A DNA stretch of 64,000 bases from Eledone cirrhosa (lineage: Eukaryota): NCBI GenBank assembly GCA_964016885.1, contig OZ024742.1, positions 157,170,001 through 157,234,000 of the forward strand. The letters run 5' to 3'. Both the position numbers and the translations under genes were made by a program. Under the pieces are notes generated by a model. It made no database searches, was not told where the DNA came from, and was given only the letters and a program-made list of their open reading frames with translations. Of the stretch, positions 1 to 12,639 are shown in pieces (positions within the stretch are counted from its first letter, which is position 1; each line of letters opens with the position of its first letter).

Positions 1-1
1 A

Positions 2-41
<40 letters not shown>

Positions 42-95
42 ATTTATATATATATATATATATAACATTTATTAAATGAAACTGATATATGAATA

Positions 96-137
<42 letters not shown>

Positions 138-1038
138 TTATATATATATAAAAAATTGGCATAATACAATTTGTTGTTGCAGAAATATTGATCGGTGATC
201 CATGAAACGCTTTAGAACAAAAATGTCATTTAACTACAACATTCGGTTACATCAATCTTGTGACCCAAACATAAAACTGAACTAAATTTATTCTTTGTCA
301 TCAATATTGATTATTTATTCCTCTTTCTTTGAAATATCTATCCGTATATTTTGTCGTGTTCCAGGAGTAGTAAGTAATGTTGATGAATTTCCTGTCGTAT
401 CTCATGCAGGGCGTGGCCGAGATGGTACTGAGCTAACATTTTGTATCGAGATATCTTTTTTCTGACCTACAACTCGCAACTTGAATCCTGCCAAATTTGA
501 AAAATGGCATTTCAAATGACATTACCTTTCATCTCTTTTACTCGTTATAGCAAATAATATTTAAAAAATAAACTTCAATCGAATATAAGTCCTGTAGTGT
601 TACGTCGTCTCATAACTTTAAAATGATTTGTTAGAGCCAAAGACAATATTACTGGTAGTGGCCAGGGGGCGGATTTGACTGAATTGGAAGAATTACGTAT
701 ACAATAGCATGCAGTATTTGTTATGGCTCCTAACATTTTGACTTCAAATCCCACCGAGTTCAAATTTGCCTTTCCTCAAGAAATCCATGGGGCTGGGAAT
801 TACTAGTGTCACCCTTCTCCTAAATTCCTTGGATTTGTTCCTAAACTACACATCGATAATATTAGTAATCATCATGTACGCCGAGAAATGTCGCATAAAG
901 GATCATAGAATTTAAACCGGTGACTACATTTTCATCAAGTATTGATCTTTATCAACATGTTTTTGGAATATCTCACTCTACTTCATGACGTGGCGCAGAA
1001 AATATAGGCATATCCCTACATTGTAGATCAACATAAAT

Positions 1039-1069
<31 letters not shown>

Positions 1070-1149
1070 AATGGGGGGATTGTCTGTCTGTGTGAGTGTG
1101 TGTGTGTATGTAACAGAATGTGCAGCTGCTTGCGGTAGCTTGTATTATA

Positions 1150-2180
1150 AATATATATATATATATATATGTATATAGAAATATATATAAATGTAAGTAT
1201 ATGTTTTGTTTATTCCTTTACTTATTTGCATAGGTAAGTATATATTACCCGTATGTTTCGTGAAGGTATGTATACTTTCTCGTACGTATATTTGACTGTT
1301 GTGGCGTATAATTATTACATAGTCTGGTATTTAGGGTTTGGCTATGTGTATACGGGAGTTTTGCGTCTGCATGAGTATGCAGGTTTGTACGTATGGTGGG
1401 TGTGTGTATATGTGTACTTCTTGTTTTAGTTGACTTACGTCTCCGAACATTCGTGTATTTATATGTAGGTATGCGTGTGCGCTTGTTATATACGTATTTA
1501 TTTACTTATATACGTTGATATAATTATTTATTTATTTGTACACAAGCATACACACATATTTATATGTGCGTGGTTTTGTATACCTATGGTAAGGTTTTGC
1601 GTATGCTTGTGTATGTACGTATCTGTTTGCATGTATGTATTTATTTGTTTCTATTACTTCTGTATTGTATTTAGTCTACAACTTCTGCTATACCATTTAC
1701 GTGGTTTAGTCTTTGCGTGCTATTGTTCTCCACGCTCCACATATGACTTATTATCTTCGTTTTTTCGTTCATTGCCAGAGAACGTCTCTATGCACCACCT
1801 AAGAGAACATTAGTCTACGAGCTCTTTTATACCAGAAACGTGGTTCTGTCTTTGCACGTAATTGTTTTTCACCGCTCCTATTAATGACGTATTATTCGTT
1901 TTTTCCCGTTCTTTGCCGGCGAACGTTACCACGAACCAAAGTATCGTCTTCCTGTCTTCCTCCGGTTGCAACGTTTTTTGAAATATCCAGTTCTGCGTTT
2001 ACAGATTGACTTTGTTAGTTTCAGAAGATCCCGTTAAGGGTGAAAGCAGCGATTCTTTGCTTTAACTTTAATCTGTTATTCTAATAAATATTTGCTCTAC
2101 AGTTCTTATATATTTGATATATATTTTCCTTATGGAGCCCTCTTTGGATTTTAGTCTTCAATTTTATTATTATTACTATA
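1150..2180 (+). mobile_element. PLE 3' UTR-like tract plus pseudo-LTR (family A pLTR, 1772-2180) ending in (TA)n
   Basis: 1772-2085 recurs at 9279-9597, where it is attached inverted to a PLE ORF, and reverse-complemented at 11390-11690. It contains the HHR-like motif CAGAAGA-tcccgttaagggt-GAAA. Confidence 0.65.
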
Positions 2181-2429
2181 CATATATATATATATATATA
2201 TAACCAAACAGTGAGTGTGTTCTGTTATTAATTCTGGCAATATTACACAAATCTGACCCTCCCCAAGTATAACAATATATATATATATATACATATATAT
2301 ACATATATATATATATATGTGTGTGTGTGTATATATGTGTGAAAGGATATTTTCGAAATATATGTGTGTATATATATATATGTATATATATAAATGTATA
2401 TACATATATATATATATATATGTATATAT

Positions 2430-2495
<66 letters not shown>

Positions 2496-2497
<2 letters not shown>

Positions 2498-2690
2498 CGA
2501 ACGAAATGTGGTAAGGAACCAGGTGGACCCTAACGCACCAAAGTACTCAATACTTGGGGGTAGTAGAGTGGGTACAAGGAACCAGTAAGACCCCGACGGC
2601 TGAGCTCAAGCCGCTTCGACGGCTAATTCTGGACTCCAGAATTAGCCGTCGAAGCGGCTTGAGCTCAGCCGTCGGGGTCTTACTGGTTCC
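2496..2690. mobile_element. Mini fold-back insert in (TA)n: perfect 56-bp-arm palindrome (2578-2690) plus ~80-bp tail, carrying the 3' half of an HHR
   Basis: Arms are exact reverse complements around C2634. Each contains GAA(G)-cggct-tgagctc-agccg-TC-ggggtc. A related copy lies at 48961-49060. Confidence 0.8.
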
Positions 2691-2701
2691 TATATATATA
2701 T

Positions 2702-3835
2702 ATATTGGTAAACGGAATAGAAAATTCTGACAAATTGTTCACAGTGAAAAATAGTTTAATTAGGAATAAGTGATAATTAGTAATAGTATTGGTTAGTATT
2801 AAGTTTTGGTTTTGAGTTCTAGCGGTTGCGCATTACTAATGCTTTTCAAAAATAATTCTGAGATAAAGCGTCCGTGATGTTTGCTCTGATCTGATTAGTT
2901 TTGGGAATTCTACCTGTTTTTATGTTAAAAAAGTGGCTCCAGCGGTATTAAAATAAGTTTTGCGCCAATTCGTGTTGCACAAATTCTTGTGGTCAAAACA
3001 ATTTTGATTGGTCGGTAGAGGTCATGTGAATGTAAAAAAATGATTTTGCGCCAAATGTAGGTTTGTTTCGGCTGACTGAGAGATAAGTCTTTCACAACAA
3101 ATATGTGTGTGTGTGTTTAGTGGTAGTAAAGAGGTTCGTTGTTGTGATAATGGTCAGCAGGGATGTGTGTGCAGACAAGAGACAAGCTGTCAAAAGACAT
3201 GGGCTGAAAAATATATTTTAACATGTTAAAATATTCCCCACACACTTACAGACACACTAACATACAAAGACAACACACACACACACACGCACACACACTT
3301 GTCTTAATAGGCATTTGAACTGTCAACAGGCTGCGGTTCGCACACACATCCCTGCTGACCATTATCACAACAACGAACCTCTTTACTACCACTACACACA
3401 CACATATTTGTTGTGAAAGACTTATATCTCAGTCAGCCGACACAAACCTACATTTGGCGCAAAATTAATTTTTTACATTCACATGACCTCTACCGACCAA
3501 TCAAAATTGTTTTGACCACAAGAATTTTTGCAACACGAATTGGCGCAAAACTTATTTTAATACCGCTGGAGCCACTTTTTTAACATAAAAACAGGTAGAA
3601 TTCCCCAAACTAATCAGATCAGAGCAAACATCACGGACGCTTTATCTCAGAATTATTTTTGAAAAGCATTAGTAATGCGCAACCGCTAGAACTCAAAACC
3701 AAAACTTAATACTAACCAATACTATTACTAATTATCACTTATTCCTAATTAAACTACTTTTCACTGTGAACAATTTGTCAGCATTTTCTATTCCGTTTAC
3801 CAATATATCATAGCGTGTGTGTTACACCTCTATTA

Positions 3836-3842
<7 letters not shown>
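2702..3842. mobile_element. Large fold-back insert in (TA)n (arms ~2702-3172 and ~3339-3807, 35-bp tail)
   Basis: Two ~470-bp near-identical inverted arms; the right arm extends 35 bp further. A related single arm lies at ~42225-42430. HHR-variant motif at 3656-3691. Confidence 0.85.
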
Positions 3843-3890
<48 letters not shown>

Positions 3891-4022
3891 TATATACATA
3901 TGTGTGTGTGTGTGTATATGTGTGTGTATATATATATGTATATATATATGTATATATATATATATACATATATGTATGATAAAGAACACAAGAGCGTCTA
4001 CAACATCAAAATATTTTTATTG

Positions 4023-4067
4023 GCTTACAATGTTTCTTCCTTACGTAACAATAGGATTCGTTAGAGC
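4023..4067 (-). ncRNA. Degenerate type I hammerhead motif at the end of a probable PLE 3' fragment (~3975-5290)
   Basis: Minus strand reads gct-CTAACGA-atcct..aggaa-GAAA-cattg-TA-agc; core has G5A. Confidence 0.5.
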
Positions 4068-5320
4068 TATAAAAGGGGTTTTATTGGTGTTATGGACTCT
4101 ACCAACCAAACATTCAAGAACAAAGAGTAAAGAGAGTAAAGAGCAAAAGCAGGGGACGATAAGTCTAATTTTGGTGCGGGAGGGTGGGGTTTGGGTCCTT
4201 GTTTACTAGCTGTGGTCATATTCATTCCCGGGAGTCGAGTGGTTAGTTGAGCCATAGATGGGGTGGCGTCGATAGTAGGGTGCAGAGGGTGTGCAGAGGC
4301 TACACACACACAAAAGGCATACAACATATATATAATGGAGGAGGTAATTAGAAATGGAAAAAGAGTAATAATAATAATCTATGATTAATAATGTATAATA
4401 AAGCATGGGGAAGATTACACTATAATAAGGTATAAAAGTACGAATAAGGTAAAATATAAAGGAGGATAGAAGTGAAAATAAGAATAAAGATAAAAAATAT
4501 ATATAAAAAATATATAGAGAATATATAAAGAAATATAAGCAAGTATTAGGAGGGGAAAACGCAATGTAAAAAAACCGATCTTTTCAAACAAAAATATTAT
4601 AAATATAGGGGGAGAAAACGGGATAGAGAAATATAATCCAATGTGATTATTTGAGAGAATATAAGATGATAATAGGTATGTCAAGTTTATACATCCTAAT
4701 AATAAACAATCTGTATATCAGAGTTACACATCCTTCAATTCACCTGCAGGTTCAAGCCACGTGGTATAGACCATTGTTCATCCGTGCGGTCATGTGCGTT
4801 TGTTTTTGACACCACAGCAGATGCACAAGTTCGTAAATTCCAATGCAGATAGAAATCTATTTTTACTCACCCAGACATTGACGGAGGATCCAATATTCCT
4901 AGTTCAATATGTGTGTGGTGTTATTATGGTCGCGCAAATCAATCACTTGGTTCAATATTATGGAGTATGGTTTTCTGGTCTTCGTAACAGTGTCAGTGGT
5001 TGCATATCTCGAAATCACAAGGATCACAGTACTCCTATTTGGTGTGATTATCGGTCATCCAACTATGATGTCGGTGGTTGGATTCAATTCTATTTCCACA
5101 AACGTAGAACTTTGGTGTCGATTGAACATTAACGAGGCAGAGTGAGATCGCATCTGTGGTGCAAAACGGTACGCAATGAAATTCTTCGTCTTCGTTTCAT
5201 CCGGGTCCAGCAGTCACGTGCAAGAACCGCTACGTAGTAATTGTGAGAGTAATCGGTGAAGATAGTAATTGACCTAACTCCTATGAACCTAAGTATATAT
5301 ACATATATATATATATATAC

Positions 5321-5838
5321 ACAGATTGTTTAATGTTTAAAAGATTGTTTAATGTTTACTTGTTCCGCTCATATTTACAGTTCTGTTATCCCAAATTAGT
5401 ACCATAGAACAACCACTATTATATACACCATATATATTTCTGTGGGTACCTAGTACCTACTGGGATATCTATATCATTTATCTAATTCTCCTTAGTGTAG
5501 AGAAAACTATGCTGTATCATGCTGCTATTTCTAGCAGCATGAAATGTCAGCGATTCTATAATTCCCGCTTTTTCTCACGGTCCAATAACTGTGTGGGTCA
5601 TTTTAACGGCTTGATACATTCACTGGGCAGAGGGTGATAAATCTATATCTATACGGACTTATGTCTAGTAGATTTGGAAAAGCTATCTGAAGGGCTATAT
5701 CTTTCCATTGGAAATTCTCTGAATGTCCAATCTTTTGACAAGCGAAACCGTCGGTCATGGCACTAGAAGAGGTAAATATTTAAATCGTATTTTAATTCAT
5801 TTAAACGATTGTTTAATGTTTACTTGTTCCGCTCATAT
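5321..5838 (+). mobile_element. Non-coding unit with terminal direct repeat (period 464 bp) in (TA)n; retrozyme/pLTR-like
   Basis: gattgtttaatgtttacttgttccgctcatat occurs at 5343 and 5807. Degenerate HHR candidate at ~5663-5767. Confidence 0.55.
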
Positions 5839-5925
5839 ATATGGATATATATATATATACATATATATATGTATATATATATATATATTTAACGTACGTT
5901 AAAAGGCTGAGACGATGGTTAAACC

Positions 5926-5975
<50 letters not shown>

Positions 5976-5977
<2 letters not shown>

Positions 5978-6908
5978 GGTTTAACCATCGTCTCAGCCTT
6001 TTAACGTACGTTGTTGCTCTAGTTCACTAGTTTCTATGGAGCGCTTGCACATGTATCGGAAGTTGTTTTTCGATAATTTCCAATAGCCGAAATGCGATTC
6101 TCGCTAATTTATATTTGTATTAATCTGCAGAGTCTAGCTATTAACAAGTTAATTTTTTTGATTGTTTTAGTTAATTCTATTCACTAGCTTAGGTTGGTTT
6201 TTAAAAACTATTCGGTTGAGAGCTTAATTTGTTTTGTGATATTTTGCAATTTTGCAATAACACACATACTCAAATCATCCGCCAAGACTAGGTGTTGTCT
6301 CCCTCCTAACCCCCACTTGGGTTCAGATAATGGTCAGTCCTTAGCTTTGAATATAACAAAATGCCTGTTGGAAAAGTGAATTCCTTGTTCGATAATCATA
6401 CCAAAAGCTTAACATTATTTGTTTAGGCGGATTGGCAGTATCGGTAGAGGGTCGGACGCCATGCTTTCCAGCATAGTTACGTCCCTTTATGATCTGAGTT
6501 CAAATCCCGCCGAGGTTGACTTTGCCTTTCATCCTTACGGGGTCGATAAAATAAAGTACCAGTAATGCACTGGATAATTGTTGGACTTGCGCCTAAAGTA
6601 GAAACAATTATTTGTTTAAGCAGACAGTACCTGATTTAGGAGTTGCAGAAACCGCATAATGGATTTTACCACCGCTTCCAGGTGTCCAGGTATAATTTTC
6701 AATCATTTTATTATTTGTTTGACCCGAATAGCTTGGTCTTTTTCTATGGATTTGCGGAAAATGGTTTAACCATCGTCTCAGTGTGTCTGGCCTTTTAACA
6801 TACGTTGTAGCTCTAGTTCACTAGTTTCTATGGAGTGCTTGCCACACATTTCGGAAGTTGTTTTCCGTTTTTCGCTAATTTCCAATAGCCGATATTCGAC
6901 TCTCGCCA

Positions 6909-6912
<4 letters not shown>
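5976..6912. repeat. Unit with ~140-150-bp terminal direct repeats (5976-6113 and 6760-6912) between (TA)n arrays, interrupted by a SINE
   Basis: aatggtttaaccatcgtctcag...ctcgc(t/c)aatttatat is present twice. No convincing HHR was found. Confidence 0.65.
6426..6606 (+). mobile_element. tRNA-derived SINE, full length, with target-site duplication
   Basis: A-box-like tggcagtatcgg and B-box gagttcaaatccc. TSD attatttgttta at 6414-6425 and 6607-6618. Multiple copies in the window. Confidence 0.9.
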
Positions 6913-6955
<43 letters not shown>

Positions 6956-7004
6956 GGGGGGGGGGGGGGGGGGCGTGTGTGTGCGTGTGTGTTTGTGTGT
7001 GTGT

Positions 7005-7692
7005 GCGAGGCTGATTGTGAAGAAGTAAGGCTTGTGCCATGAAATCTTGTTGCATTTATGTTACTTCTTTTTCTCAATAACGCTTTTGTTTTTCAAGGAA
7101 AACTGACATCTGATTATTCACGGACGTCAACAGCATCTTCTTGAAATGGACAAAATTTGACATTCTAGTGTTACTAAGTACCTGTAGAAAAAGATTTTAT
7201 CCCCCAAAGACATTCATGCTGACATGCATGCTACATTATGGTATAATGTCCCACCGTTATTCACGGCAAATGTGCTCAGCTAAATTTAGGAGAGGAATGG
7301 AGACTCTTGATGAGGATTTATGGTCTAGAGGTCCTGTAACAGCTACATCGGAGAAAAACATTCATCGTGTGCATAACATGGTAACGGAAGACTGGCGATT
7401 GACTATAAAGCAAATAACCAATGCTATTAGCATAACCCGTGAAATAGTTGAGAATATTCTACATGACGAAATCGGCATAACGTAGTTTGCCATGTCTTCT
7501 GACAACTGATCAAATGCGTACCAGGCTGATCATATGACGGTAATATTTGGCATTGTCTGAGGCATTGTCGAATCTTTCCTGACGCAGGATACGTGTTCGG
7601 TTCAGTTTGAACCTGAGACAAAAGGCCAATATATAAAGTGGAAACAACCATCCACACCAGCACTAAATAAACCAAGGTTGTTTTATCTGCAG
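7005..7692 (+). mobile_element. Degenerate mariner transposase 5' fragment
   Basis: FRRGMETLDED..GPVTATSEKNIHRVHNMVTEDWRLTIKQI..ENILHDEIG matches the mariner HTH region, followed by a FEPETK-like motif. Contains stops and frameshifts. Confidence 0.8.
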
Positions 7693-7740
7693 ATACTTAG
7701 CTCCCACATCAAGACGTAAAATATCCACGTATAGGTCGTG

Positions 7741-9280
7741 CTATCCGTTAGGGTATAACGTTGGGCTGTAATACAGGAAAGTTTTGTGCAATTTATGTTT
7801 ACAAGCCGAAAGTGCCTCAGATTTTTTGTTTAAGATGTGGTCTGTGGCGTAGAGTGTTTCCAGAGCCTCAGCGGCGCAGAGGTCACATGGTCTTTTATTT
7901 CCGTTATACGATCTAGCCCTAGCTAGGATCTCCCAGTGTAACTTATATTGGGTGTGGTTATCTTTTAGACTCCAGATATAAGCTGAAAGTGACGTCATAT
8001 TCCTTCTTAGAGGGTAACGAAAAGAATGGGTATGCATGTAAAGACGCTGCTTGAAACTATTGGCGGTTAACCCTATGTAGGCCCTATGGGAGGTGGGTGT
8101 TACAACCTTACATTTGTAGACAATGTTACTAGAGAGGCATTTCCCGGATAGGGGGCAATCAGCGCGATTCCTACAATTACAGTTAGTACTAACTACAGGG
8201 TTGCACGTGTTCCTACGGCTAGGTAGTTTAGCTAAATTTGAAGCTGTGATGTTATGTGCAAGGTTAGGAGTCGTAGAGTAAGAAATTTTAATAGTATTTC
8301 TATTAAAAATGTTACTATATTTATGTGTAGGGGAAAAATATTTCGTAATAAGGGAAAGAAAGATCTTAGCTAATGGTGTGGCCACCTCCATATTATATGG
8401 TGGGTTAAACCAACAAATGCGACGGGCTCTATTTCTTCTAGGTCTATTTTCGTACTCTGTATATGCTATCTTATCGACAAATCCACTTCGAGCAAGAGCT
8501 TCATTGTAATAAGTGGAATGGTCGTTGAAAATGCGCTCGTTGGTGGAAAGACGGGAAAGCCTCAACGAAACGTTTCTTACCAGGTTTTTGGTTATGCTGG
8601 CAGGATGGTTGGAATGCTTACTTATGTAATTAAGCGTATCATTCGGCTTTCTATGCGGGTAATACAACCCATTCAATAAATTGAGGGTAACGTCGAGGTA
8701 ATTAACGACCGAGAGATTGGCCTCAACCTGTATAGAGAGGTTGAAGCCTTTAAAGATGGCTGTGAGTTCTTTTCTGAACCTGTCGCAAGCACGAGGTCCG
8801 CACTTAGTCATGGTCAAAAGACCATCGTCACGGTACAAACCACCGCCCGCGTTGGGGAATTCGTCCTTGATAGAGAAAAGAAGGAAAAGGCCAATAAGAT
8901 CAGTAACCTCCGCAGAATCACTGGCGCCCATACTCGAATGGGGTACTATTGGATTTTTTAATCCAAATAGAGTCGTCGAAATTAATCACCAACTTTCGGG
9001 TATTAAGGATGACATCAACTTCAAAATCCTTAACCACTGTGAGTGTTTTAGCGAAATTGATAGCTCTAAGGAGAAGTGGTAAAGTGATGGAGGAGTAGTA
9101 ATTGTTGATGTCGAATTGGATAAAACGGCAATTTTCCTTGTTACATATGCCGTTGAACCAATCAATCACCGCGAAAGAATTGTTCCACAGTGCGAGAGGG
9201 GCCAAACTTCTAATTTCAGGTATAATTCTATCAAGAATCGTTTTACTAAGTCTACCTAAATCGGACTTCGTAGGGTTAAT
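7741..9280 (-). pseudogene. PLE RT + GIY-YIG endonuclease, 5'-truncated, one frameshift near 8930 (396-aa open C-terminal part)
   Basis: Motifs INPTKS, FIQFDINNYYSSI, MGASDSAEV, GLYRDDGL, WFNPPY, CNCR..CPLSGKC, IVYKC..AYIGLT, CDLC. Confidence 0.92.
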
Positions 9281-9597
9281 TGCCAGAGAACGTCTCTATG
9301 CACCACCTAAGAGAACATTAGTCTACGACCTCTTTTATACCATAAACGTGGTTCTGTCTTTGCACGTAATTGTTTTTCACCGCTCCTATTAATGACGTAT
9401 TATTCGTTTTTTCCCGCTCTTTGCCAGCGAACGTTACCACGAACCAAAGTATCATCTTCCTGTCTTCCTCGGGTTGCAACTTTTTTTGAAATATCCAGTT
9501 CTGCGTTTACAGATTGACTTTGTTAGTTTCAGAAGATCCCGTTAAGGGTGAAAGCAGCGATTCTTTGCTTAAACTTTAATCTGTTATTTTAATAAAT
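9279..9597 (+). mobile_element. Inverted, tail-less pLTR (family A) capping the 5' truncation of the PLE; HHR-like motif at 9525-9575
   Basis: Near-identical to 1772-2090 and opposite in orientation to the ORF. Motif agttt-CAGAAGA-tccc/gggt-GAAA-gca..tgc-TT-aaact. Confidence 0.75.
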
Positions 9598-9607
9598 ATA
9601 TATATGT

Positions 9608-9640
<33 letters not shown>

Positions 9641-10665
9641 AAATTCAAAGGGTATATATATATACAATTGGACACAGTCACAGTACATGTATGAATTTGG
9701 CAACCATTCATGGTGTGGTTCAATGAAGAATTAAATAAATAATTATTAAACAGAGCAATAAATAAAAATGTAAGTCCAAAGAATCATTAGATAAAATATA
9801 TACAGTATTTCCTCTCCCAATCCGTATAAATTAACCACACAAAAAATTATTTAAACGAGGCTATAATTTTAAAATGTACTTATGAAGAAATAATAGACAA
9901 ATAATACAGATTCTTTTCCGCAATGTGTAGCCATATGACACTTGCCTAATTCTTTCTTGTAGCCTCTATAAATTGGCTAGATAAATAGTTAACTGCATGG
10001 AATTAGGTACAAAATCGAAGATTAAAGAAAAAATTCATTTGAATGTTACCAGAATTCTCATAGTCTCTACCAACCGGTGATTTCGTTCCACTTTTTGGAT
10101 ATACCCGGTCTTGGATATATCCACGAGGCTTGGAACTCATCAGGAGATACCCCAGACTGGACTAAGATTCTTCTATCATGATCCCCGCCAGAAATGAATT
10201 CAATTATGGCTAAGAACCATCACGTGGCGAGTGGTCAACGCAGAAAGTTCGTGATTGGTGACTGTCGGCGAGTAGGCTGGTTGCTAGAAAGCGCAGCCGA
10301 AAATTGCCTAAAGTTTTACTCAACCTTACGGGAGTATATATTAAATTCAAAGGGTATATATATATAATTGATTCTTTGGACTTAAATTTTTATATATTGC
10401 TCTGATTAATAATTATTTAATGAATTCTTTATTGAGCCACACCATGAATGGTTGCCCAATATATATGTGACTGTGTCCAATTATATATATATATGTATAA
10501 CCTTAGAATTTAATATATGCTCCCGTAAGGTTTATCATTTGTCTATTATTTCTTCATAAGTACATTTAAAACTTATAGCCTCGTTTAAATGATTCTTTTG
10601 TGTGGTTAATTTATACGGATTGGGAGAGGAAATACTGTATATATTTTATCTATTGATTCTTTGGA

Positions 10666-10670
<5 letters not shown>
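9641..10670. mobile_element. Non-coding HHR element (family R): minus-strand 702-bp monomer plus redundancy (9641-10370), then an inverted, internally deleted monomer (10369-10670)
   Basis: aaattcaaagggtatata occurs at 9641 and 10343; tgattctttggactta occurs at 10369 and 10654. Homologous to 21665-22421. Confidence 0.8.
10064..10147 (-). ncRNA. Type I hammerhead ribozyme, canonical core, extended stem II
   Basis: tctc-CTGATGA-gttcca..(11-bp inner hairpin)..tggaac-GAAA-tcaccggttgg-TA^gaga. Confidence 0.85.
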
Positions 10671-10689
<19 letters not shown>

Positions 10690-10710
<21 letters not shown>

Positions 10711-10836
10711 CCATTTCTCTTAGGGTTCTAAAACCCACTATCAGGCTAAAAAAAGAATTTCTTTAGTCAAAGGATACGGTGAAAGCTTCTATTTTCTAAT
10801 TTCAAACTTGCTCGCTGTTTCAAAACATACTTACAT
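10690..10836 (+). repeat. Short (TA)n-embedded repeat; other copies at 16540-16822 (fold-back) and ~45855-46030 (minus)
   Basis: Shared cactat.aggcta..tttagtc..atacggtgaaagctt.tattttctaatttcaaac..gtttcaaaa. Confidence 0.7.
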
Positions 10837-11170
10837 ATATATATATATATATATTTATATATACTTATCCCCTCTGTCTTTCTACTCCCTATCCTCACTT
10901 CCGCTTCCTCTGTCTTTCTCTCTCTCTTCGCTATCGCTTCTTTCCCTCATAGCTTTTTGATAGATAAAATGCAATGGCCGCGCTACGCATAGATGAATTG
11001 TCTATAATGCGCTGAATTATATGTGACCCGTAGTAGACAACAGATGGATGGAAAATATCCATCTTTTGTTTTTTTCCATTTATTTCTAACACTCGTTATG
11101 AGTAATCACACAGCCTCGCTCCTCTCAATCCGTATATATATATACCGATTGAAAGGGGCGAGGCTGTGTG

Positions 11171-11244
<74 letters not shown>

Positions 11245-11346
11245 CACAAGCGTGAGCTGAAACGTTCATAGGCTGAATTTGCCAGCAGCTGCAGCTATTT
11301 GTAACTAATATGTCGTTCTGCGCTGACATTGGCACGTTTCGTTACT

Positions 11347-11389
<43 letters not shown>

Positions 11390-11396
<7 letters not shown>

Positions 11397-11786
11397 TAAC
11401 AGATTAAAGTTTAAGCAAAGAATCGCTGTTTTCACCCTTAACTGGATCTTGTGAAACTAACAAAGTCAATCTGTAAACGCAGAAGTGATTATTTCAAAAA
11501 ACGTTGCAACCGGAGGAAGACAGGAAGACGATATTTTGGTTCGTGGAAACGTTCCCTGGCAAAGAGCGGGAAAAAACGAATATAATACGTCATTAATAGG
11601 AGCGGTGAAAAAGAATTTCACGCAAAGACAGAACCAGGTTTCGTAGACTAATGTTCTCTTAGATGGTTCATAGAGACGTTCTCTGGCAATGAACGGAAAA
11701 ATATTTGCTCTACGGTTCTTATATATTTGATATATATTCACCCTTATCGAGCCCTCTTTGGATTTAGTCTTCAAATTTATTATTAT

Positions 11787-11790
<4 letters not shown>
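11390..11790. mobile_element. Family A pLTR insert with internal inversion
   Basis: 11390-11698 is the reverse complement of ~1762-2085; 11699-11790 is forward 2087-2180. Flanked by (TA)n. Confidence 0.8.
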
Positions 11791-11974
<184 letters not shown>

Positions 11975-12639
11975 TGACGAAACTCCACGAGTTATTAGTT
12001 TGAAGTAGCTGCAGCTACTGTCAAATTTACAGTGTGTGTGGAAGTGGTTAAGTGAATATAAATAATCTTGGAGGGTATTTACCAAATGTGTTAAGTATTG
12101 AGATGAATGCAACATGGAGAGTAACATTATTTGAAGGCTTACTTTTCCTTATGCTACATCGCAATCATGGTTGAGACGTCAAGGTTTCCAGTGATAGAAT
12201 TAACAATAGCTAAAACAATAAGCCATACGTTACGAGTCAGGAGAGTTTGTTGATCTTTCAATTATTTGATAACGTCTTCGCATATTGAATCATGATTTCC
12301 AGAGAGCTTTTGTACTGAATGAAAGATGTTGCGTTCTATTGGTTGGGTGATTTTATTCAAGCGTTATAGTGTATGTTATTTACATAAACTAATAGAGCAC
12401 ACATGTGATGAAAACATCTGTGTTCCTTTGATGGAGAAATGAAGCAATCTGGAAAGAAATCCTTCAATTATATTTGAATAATGAATGTTGTGTCATGAAT
12501 TTGACCAATAAATAGCAATAGTGGAATATTTCCTGTTACAGCTAATGGATATTAGCAATTAGAGAAATATATAATACCATCTCATATGTTGTGCTTATTT
12601 GTATAGTATTCCTTGTTATATTTAATTAGCTTAGATTAT

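Noticed and set aside
2702-3842. MITE / foldback DNA transposon with TA TSD
   Set aside because: Arms are asymmetric (tail on one side) and contain an HHR-like motif, and the same layout caps PLE ORFs elsewhere in the window.
4794-5145. Two overlapping ORFs of 112 and 78 aa
   Set aside because: No recognisable domain; they lie within a probable repeat remnant.
5518-5550. Hairpin catgctgcta/tagcagcatg followed by GAAA
   Set aside because: The upstream sequence lacks a CUGANGA-like core, so it is not called as an HHR.
6426-6515. tRNA-like A and B boxes
   Set aside because: No cloverleaf; this is the head of a multi-copy SINE with a TSD.
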